A DNA stretch of 56,502 nucleotides, filler included, from Sphacelaria rigidula (taxonomy: Eukaryota): the NCBI GenBank assembly GCA_964200075.2. It is 7 parts of 7 records of this genome, joined end to end, with 100 filler letters (N's around TTAATTAATTAA, not from the genome) between each part and the next. Parts side by side here need not be neighbours in the genome. Positions count along the whole stretch, not along the records: positions 48,518 to 56,502 come from CAXNAA020012743.1; 6 more parts are not named here. One strand, given 5' to 3'. Both the position numbers and the translations under genes were made by a program. This document shows positions 48,880 through 56,502 of the stretch, piece after piece (positions within the stretch are counted from its first letter, which is position 1; each line of letters begins with the position of its first letter). The notes under the pieces were generated by a model. That model was not told the DNA's origin, made no database searches, and saw only the letters and a list, made by a program, of their open reading frames with translations.

Positions 48880-49640
48880 GAGTTCGTATACGTTAGAGAT
48901 ATCTGGTGGTGGCAGTGTGCCAACCGGGGCGAGAAGGGCGGATGGAAAAGGGAATGGACAGTCAAGCTGTAAGTACCGGATAGCTGCGCGACATAAAGGT
49001 TCCGCGTTTTATCCGCGAGCCTAATCGCGGTGAGAGTAGCGAGCGAGAAACTCGCGTAGTTGACCTCCCGCTGGAGAGTCGGCCAAACATGGTGGGGTAG
49101 GTAGCGGGGGAATAGGCGACGGGACATAATTGCAATATCTGCCCCGGGAGCAGGAGCTGAGTCGTCGGCTGCATGCTCGGGAGCGGTAGAGGTTGGTGGC
49201 GCCGTTATGGGCGGCGGGGCTGTATCAGTGCGCGGCGAAGATTGTCCGCGGCGCGTGGTGCACGTTGCAGTAGTAGTTTTGCGGAACGTGGCGTGTACTG
49301 GTCCGTGGGACCGGTGCTGCGTGGCTCGTGGGATTTGTAGATGTTATCGGTGGCGGCGGGGCACTCGGGGGCGTGGTGCGGGCGGCGGACCGGGAGCGCG
49401 TGTTGTCGGAGATCAGGTGAGTGACCGAAGGTGTCTCCGTGAATAGCTTCGCGCGAGTACCGAAAGTCCGGAAATCGACAAAATCAGAGGTAGTGGGTTT
49501 TAACCCACCCAAGACGGCGTCATATGGTAAAGGGCGAGGTCCTCCCATGTGCATACCAGTTTCTGGGCACTGGAGGTCAAGGGCATAAACGGGCGTTGAA
49601 AAGCGTGTAATCGGGTAAATTTCAGTTTCATCGGGTTCCG

Positions 49641-50222
49641 TTAAACGGCAAGCCGGGCTAGCATCTGCGGCTGTAGGCGGCAGGGGTAGTCGGGGGGAAG
49701 GTCAGCGTTCCGGTTGGTTTTGCCTGGACAGTGCTTAATGGTATTCTGGTATACTGTTTGAAACTCCAACCAGCGTTGTACACGCGGGTTGTGTTCGCCG
49801 ACCTTGGCGGGTTGTTCGTGTGCTCCATGATCCGTATAAATATCGAAGGGCACGTGGAACAGATATTGTCGAAGGCGCTTCATGGCCCAGGGGATTACCC
49901 CGCCTTCCAATTCTAGCGGGTTCCAGTTGACCTCGTTGGGCAGGATGGCGCGGCTGATGTAGAGGATTGGTCGAACGGAGCCATCAATCTGAGGTTGATT
50001 CAAAACTCCTCCAAATCCGTCCGTGCTGGCGTCAGTGTGTAGTTGGAACAGGCGAGAGAAATCTTGTACTGCCTCCCAATCAGGAAAGCAGAGTACCGGC
50101 TGTTCGTTGAGCGTCTTCAACAATTCCCGGGTGATATTATTCATATCGGTAGTGAAGGTAAATATGGCTACTCTCTTGAGCAACTCAGTAAGGGGGCGAA
50201 TCCGTTGGGACAAATGAGGCAA
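49641..50222 (-). pseudogene. Gypsy RT connection / RNase H
   Basis: PLTELLK…PVLCFPDW…FQLHTDASTDGFGGVL…ELEGG…IYTDH…VQRWLEF…HCPGKTNRNADL. Confidence 0.92.
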
Positions 50223-50233
50223 TTTTTGCGGTA

Positions 50234-51150
50234 TTAGGATAGTCCGCCCAACAATGAGCGAAGTTGAGAGATGTTGGTTGGCGTTGGCAAGTCAGTAATT
50301 GCTTCGACTTTGTTTGTATCCGGATGTAGGCCTGCTGGCGAAATGGCATGCCTCAGGAAATCCAAGTCAGTCGCACCAAGGCGAGCTCTGGAAGGAGGCA
50401 GTTTCAAACCGTGTGTTCGTAGGCGACATAGAAGTTCTCGTAGAGTGCAGCTGTGTGCAATAGGTGAGGCACCGAAAGCGATAGCGTCCTCTAGGCACAT
50501 GATGATGTGCTCGAGACCCTCGGTGACGCGTTGCATTAAGCGTTGAAAGGACCCCGGGGCAATGGCAGCGCCTTGTGGCATTCGAAGCCACTCGTAGAGC
50601 CCGTACGAGGTTCAAAACGCCGTTAGTGGGACTGTGCTAGAGTGGATGGCATTTCGGGAAAATCCAGAAGCGAGGTCGAAGGTGCTAAATATTCTTCCTT
50701 CGCCTGAGGAGCCGAAGACTTCATCAATGCGGGGGATTGGAAGTTTACCAACCACAGTGACGCGGTTCAACCGTTGGTAATTCACGGTTGTGCGTACGTT
50801 TCCATCCTTTTCGGGAACGACCACAAGTGGCGAGGCCCAAGGAGAGGAGGGATGTTGTATTAATCCCGCTCCCAAAAAGGCATTTAAGATGGCATGAACC
50901 TTCTTGGTAAGTATTGGGTTTGTCCGGTATGGTCGAGAAGAGATCGGCGAGACGCCGGGTTGGAGTGTAACGTCAAAGAGCAGCGTTTTGCAGTGCCCAA
51001 GAGCCGTCTTGGATCGGGAAAATCGGTCTTGGTACCGTAGCAGGACATCACTGAGTTCTTGGATGACTGCTGATTCCCAGCCGGGCCCATGAAGGTCAAA
51101 ATTGATGTCGCGCATGTGTGGCGGCAGTTGGTTCCACATTTGCAAGAAGC
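50234..51150 (-). pseudogene. Gypsy reverse transcriptase
   Basis: PISSRPYR…IQHPSSPWASPLVVV…RTTVNYQRLN…IPRIDE…FSTFDLASGF…TAF*TSYGLYEWLRMPQG…FQRLM…MCLED (degenerate YLDD)…FLRH. Confidence 0.93.
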
Positions 51151-51689
51151 TATTCCGAGAATCTGGTGATGAGAGTTGAAGCACTCCAGCAGGAGGATCG
51201 GAATTTGACTGAGCAGGATCCACGGTGTGGACCTGAGAGGCGAGGTCGAGAAAAGGTTCATCGACACATTGGACTGACTCCGTCGGAGATGTTGCGTCAG
51301 GCTCGGCAGGCTCTGTTACGCACGTCTCGAGTGGGATGCGCATCAGAGGAGCAGCGGCGATTCCTAAAATATCGCCGGGTTCGAAGTTAGCATGAACCGT
51401 GCGAGGGAGGGGTTGTTGTCCCGCCAAGACAAAATGTTCTGTATCGGGTGGTGCGCCAATACAGGGTGACATGTCGGCAAGATAATGACCCGTAAGTGCA
51501 GGCATGCCATTTCGGCGAACTAGTGCAACTTCTCAAAGTTGAGGATCGTCGGAGAGTGTGATGCCAACACGACCACGGTTGTATCGTAGGTGGTAAGCAG
51601 CTCCGGTTGCTTGAGTATTCTTTTGGTAGGCCAGGGGGCCGTGGAGTATACGAAAGTGTTCAAAATCGAATTCTCCACGAGACGCGGAG

Positions 51690-52060
51690 TGTGGCGATGG
51701 TGGTGGAAGTGTGCGGTACGTTCGTTGATTAAACCGCATGCAACTACCTCTGCCCATTAGTATGGCGTGATGCACTGTGCTGTCGGGGACAATGTATGCC
51801 CCGACGGCCAGGCTGGCAGAACGGGTGTTGAGAAAAAAATTGCACACTGCGACGTACGGATTTTCGTGTCGTCAGGGGTGCAGTAGAATCGCCGAAACCG
51901 CCCCATACTCGAGGTTGGGTGGTGATTTCGCAAGCTGCAGTAGGAGCGCCAGTCTGTTTCATGTGTCCCCATGGTGCTTCTTGAATGATTGTTCGCGGGC
52001 GGCCGCTGTCCAACAGGGATACGCATTTCGTAGGCGTGGTATCGTTTGGACCCGAGTGGA
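51690..52060 (-). pseudogene. Retroviral-type aspartic protease (frameshifted)
   Basis: SLLDSG catalytic motif, then after a frameshift AILMGRGS (ILLGRD-like). Confidence 0.8.
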
Positions 52061-53099
52061 TCGCGACGCGTGTAGTGAAGGTGGTCGGGTCCACAGACAC
52101 TTTACCGCCGACAAGATCCGGACCATGTTCCGGCAAGATAAGTTGGTTAGGATCAGCGGGGCTGACAGCAAAAACGAACGGCGGGTGATCCGCCGATGGG
52201 TCAGTTTTCTCACCAGAGAAGGGGGTGGACGGTACATTATTTCCAGGTGAGGCACGGTTAGACTGATCATTAGCGATTTCGTGAATTATCGTCTTTGATT
52301 GACAAGGATCACCCTCCAAGGGAGACCCAGATTGTGCGGGGCTGGAGTCGTCGAGTGAAGAAGTAGTGACGTCAGAAATACTTGATTTTGTTTCTTCCGT
52401 GATACATGATAAAGCCGCCGAACTCAAAGTCGTCGCATTCAGGAGAGATTGAGGCCGAGGTTTTCCGCTCGAAAGAGGTGTACGTGATGATGCGCGCGCG
52501 TCCTCGGGGGCATGGTTATGGGGCTTCCTCAATCGCCGTGACGATGGTCGGGGAACTTCCAACACATTTTGGGATGATACCAGAACTGCGTCCAGTCGGG
52601 TGGATGGGGTCAGCATCGGGGCATGATAATGCGAAACTTGTGGGCTGTTTATTCGTAGGCAAGCTTGGCTGGGGAGTCATAACCGAAGGTAATATGGGGC
52701 GGGTGTTATTAGAACCGGTCCAAGGTAGTTCCGCGCGTGTAGAAAATCGGGGGAAGGAGCTCGCTTAACTGATTCAAAATTACATGATCCGATGTGGTCA
52801 AGTTCAAATCAGCAACACTTGGGTCAACTAAAAAAAGCTTGCTACTACGTGTGCGTGCGGTCGCTGAGGAAAGCCTTTGCCTCGGGGACTGGTGGTCGGT
52901 GTTCCCACACCCCACACTTATACTCGGCACTAGAGGACCAAGTTCGGGGTGGGGTGTAGGTTCGAGTCGCGGGGTGATACAACTGTTACGCGGTGTGTGG
53001 AGTGGTGAAGAGAGGGTCGATATGAACGACCGTCACTTGCGCTCCTGCACAGTACCGGGGTAGCCGGGAGAACAATCTTAGTCACGGGCTCTGCGCGCT

Positions 53100-56000
53100 G
53101 TGTTGGAAGGTGTGTGGAGGGTGGAGACGGGGGTCGGTTTGAAAGGCCGTCTGTTGCGCTCCCGGATAATGCCGAGGAAGACTTCAGGACACCGGCCTCG
53201 ACACGTCATGCGTCTATGCGATCCGTAGTAAAAGTACCAAGGTTTCTGATGTTGGGGTTCGAGTTTTGTGTCGGTCCCGTCCGCTGGCGTCTATCAGCGG
53301 ATCGTTTGTTGTCGCGAGAATGATCATCTTTCTGGCGAGGGCTTGTGTTATTGTTGTTTCATCGGCGATCGCGATTAAAGCGATTGTTGCCTCGTTGATT
53401 CGAGTTATTGCGATAGTTTCGGCTTGGTGGGCGATAGTTGTGCATGCGTTTCTGCCATCGGCGCCACGCGGGTTCATTGTCCTGCAGTAGGATTCATTAG
53501 ATTAAAGGCATTTGATACATGGGCTGTCGCAGTCGCGCATACTGTGACCTTGAACCCTGCAGTTGATGCAACTGTTGGCATGACTGCTGAAGGCGTTGCG
53601 TCCAGCAGGAGACGAAATAAGTGTGTTCAACAAATGGGGATCATCCGTAGTGAATGCCGTTGTTGAAGTCGAATAAACATCATCCCAAGTTTTTTCGGAG
53701 AACGGCCAACCATCAAAACTCGCACTAACTGCATTTCAGTTACTCTGAACATACATAAGTGAACCGGCGACCGAGTCGGGAGTCCATGAAGTGCGAGGTG
53801 AACTCGAATTCCTACCGCGAGACCCTTGGACATTAGCGGAGGACACAACCGTGGATTGTTAACGCAGAGGCGTAGAAGGTTTGCCACGTATGGCGGGCGT
53901 TAGATTACCCACTTGGTGTACAAGATCAGACCACATAGCACCAACGGAGACATGAGGCACCTCGCGATGCGCCAAGACACCCGGAAATAACGACGTCATC
54001 AGGGCCGGGTACTGCTGAGCAACGCTATTGCAAACGTAAGTCTGACACATTGAGTCGCTCGGGCCGTTTTGGCGTCCGGCACCCGTAGTACCGGAGACTA
54101 AAAGCCTATATTACGAAGATAATCCGCGAAGGGGACATCCGATGCGACAGCGAAAGAACCCAGTCTTTGAATGGCGCTGGCCTGGTCGCTTCGGTCGAAG
54201 TAACCTATTAGACGCCTCTCCAAATCAGAGAGCAATATCGGGCCTGTCTCCCCCTCGGAATGATCCGGATCAATCTCGGCGAGGAATCCATCGATGATCT
54301 GTGTTAAGGAAGCAGCAGCGTCGGAAGAGCGGCGGCAGATGGATCCATGTAGTGCTTTATGCAATGAGGTCTGCCAGCCCTGTACCCAAATGGAATCTTC
54401 CAACTGAAAGATATCGCGAACGGTATGGCGAATGGATGTGATGAGAGCAGAAGTAAACTATCCCGAATCTTCGTTGTCCGTAGCAGGCGTGTTTTTGATA
54501 TGCCAACGCTTTTCCACATCCATCTGAATGTACTGTCGGATCGGATCGGATCGGTTGATCAGGCGAGCTGCACAAGCAGCGGCGTCGTGGGCGGTGCGCC
54601 GGACGTGCTGTTCGAGATCCTTGATCTTTTGTTGGGACGATATGGCGACAGAGCGTACTCGTCAAGGGCATGTTGGGTGGCGGCGCTGGTGGTTTGAGCT
54701 TGTGAAGCCTGCCGCTAGAGGTTGCTGTGCGCCATAGCATGTTCCTCCGCGAGGAGGCGTGCGGCGGCAGCGTCGGCCTCACGGTGCTTGGCGAGGATAT
54801 CCTGCGCCAAGGCAGGCGCTTCTGACGCATAGTCCGCGATCAGAGCAAGTTGCTCTGCGCGGGGGCGGTCCTTAAATAGCCTCAAAAGGAGGCCTGTTGG
54901 GCAGTGCTCGTCACCGAGCGGGGGGGGGGCTTCTTCAGACGGAGTGGGGAGCACCAGGGGATCCGGCAAGGGATCAGTGGTGGGCCCACTTTCGGCGTCA
55001 GTGTCAACGGCATTCAGGACGGCAGCTGGGGTTGGAGCAGGGGTGGCGGTGGTAGCAGCAGCGGTAGTCGTGGTATTTCCGATCGGGGCGCCAAACGTAC
55101 GGGTGCGGGCGCCGTAGGTGCAGAGTCATCATTGAATCGCACGTGAGCGGAGGACTAATGCCGAGATAGCCCCCCCACAAAAAGTGCACGGTGGACCGTC
55201 CGACAAACCGGCTGCGATCCCACTATTGGGCTCATTTGCAGCAATGCTGCCCACATGACAGGCTTGTAGCAGGCCGAAATCAGCTATAGCGCCCAAATAC
55301 GTCGCGTCGTGGAACACGAAACCAGCTATAACGGCATTATTGATCATCGCCTCCGTGCACATTTTTGGCCAGTTTTGGGGGGGGGCTATCTCGGCAGCAG
55401 TCGGAGACCGATTGGTCTTGGAACGCGGTGTGGTAGAAAGCCGTACATGCCTCGATTAGAGCTGGTATTGACGTGTCCGCTGACGCCGAAGAAGGGCGAG
55501 GTAGATTCTGCAGGGCAGAAGGCATGGCCGCGACCGCTGGTCCGACACTGGATTGCGAAGCAGGGCGCATTGGACTGTTGAGAGTCATGCGATTGGGGTC
55601 CGAAATGGAAACAACCCGCGTGACAGTATCTCTTGCTCCGGAAGCGATACGCTTCGGCGGGACTGAGTTGTCTCGAAATTTGTCAACCGTCGTTCAACGG
55701 GGTGCCACGGTTGAATCAACCATTACAGGGCCATGCTGGACACGTGTGTCCAGAGGCAACGACTCAGCTGGGGGCACATTCCTGTCTTCGGATCCCATAT
55801 CGGGATCCGGGAGAACAGGCGGCAGCGAGGAGGGTGCAACGCAATCTACGGTTATGGGTTCACTGATATGTCTGTCAGGAGCCAATGACTCAGCCGGTGG
55901 CACAACCCTGTTCTTCGAGTCTCGATTGGTACTGGAGAGAACAGGTCGCAGCGTCATAGCCTCTTCAAGCCCCGAACGACGGGCAGCGCTTGAAAGTTGG

Positions 56001-56170
56001 TCTTCAAATCCCGAACATCGAGCAGCGCTTGCGTCCGTCCGTCGAGTAGTCGAAGGTCACGCGCTACTCATATCAGAAGATTTTGTACCGCCACTAGTTT
56101 GACTCCGTGTCCAGCAAAGCGGTCGGTTTCCCAATTGAGGGGAAGGGTCGGCGCTATTCCTGTGCGACAT
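53100..56170 (-). pseudogene. Long Gag region with CX2CX4HX4C zinc knuckle
   Basis: CINCRVQGHSMRDC at 53570-53529. Helical gag-like segments at 54403-54098 and 54969-54715. Candidate ATG at 56170. Confidence 0.75.
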
Positions 56171-56335
56171 GGATCTAGTCGCACGTAACTTGTGTGTTTA
56201 GAAATGTAGGAGCAGTGTGTGTGTGGTCGTCGGGCTCGAATCAAGGGAGCGTGACATCAAGAAATGCCAGGTGCAACGGCCGAAGCTTGTATCCAGAAAT
56301 ACAGGGCAATGAAGCCTAATAGCGTACGCCGCCGC

Positions 56336-56415
56336 GCCCCGGTGGTGTAATGATCCGACTATCGCCATCAGGATCGAGAGAACGGGGGTTCGATTCCCGA
56401 TGCGTTGTTTTTTTT
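56336..56415 (+). ncRNA. tRNA-like Pol III unit (SINE head or tRNA pseudogene)
   Basis: gccccggTGGTGTAATGatcc…gggGGTTCGATTCCcga followed by a T8 run. A and B boxes are present, but the acceptor and anticodon stems do not pair well. Confidence 0.5.
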
Positions 56416-56502
56416 CTTCGTGATGTATGATTTCCACCGTGGAAAGCGTGATAACGTGAGTAAAAAAAGTAGTCGACTGGATTTGTGTGACTTGAGTTGA
56501 CG

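Larger units (their letters stand above)
48518..56170 (-). mobile_element. Ty3/Gypsy LTR retrotransposon, decayed (gag-PR-RT-RNaseH-IN), cut in integrase by contig end
   Basis: Domain order on the minus strand is Gag with CCHC knuckle, aspartic protease, RT, RNase H, integrase HHCC. RT-RH-IN order defines Gypsy. There are multiple stops and frameshifts. Confidence 0.95.

Noticed and set aside
55473..56102. 209-aa plus-strand ORF
   Set aside because: Antisense shadow of the GC-rich gag region.

Overview
Eukaryotic genomic DNA, not one locus. It is seven unrelated ~8 kb contigs (1-7987, 8088-16074, 16175-24160, 24261-32246, 32347-40332, 40433-48417, 48518-56502), sorted by decreasing length and joined by 100-nt artificial spacers (N44-TTAATTAATTAA-N44). 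Short exons with long GT-AG introns, a multi-WSC-domain gene and the style of ankyrin protein and Gypsy element suggest a brown alga (Phaeophyceae); this is inference. Four spliced genes could be reconstructed by hand: a partial MFSD13A/TMEM180-like MFS transporter (contig 1, +), a two-exon ankyrin-repeat protein (contig 3, -), the C-terminal part of a reprolysin/metzincin-like protease + Pro/Thr linker + 3 WSC domain protein (contig 4, +), and part of a TKL/Raf-like kinase (contig 6, +). Contig 7 is almost entirely a decayed Ty3/Gypsy retrotransposon (-). Contigs 2 and 5 are mostly degraded repeats or transposons. Non-autonomous elements are abundant: TTAA-flanked piggyBac-type MITEs, fold-back MITEs, tRNA-derived SINE-like sequences, and two related repeat families that share one terminus and usually abut poly(C)/poly(G) runs. 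I found no provable new biological system. The best leads are the poly(C)-associated repeat pair, the protease-WSC protein, and a tRNA-like unit upstream of the Gypsy gag. Most ORFs in the supplied track are spurious.
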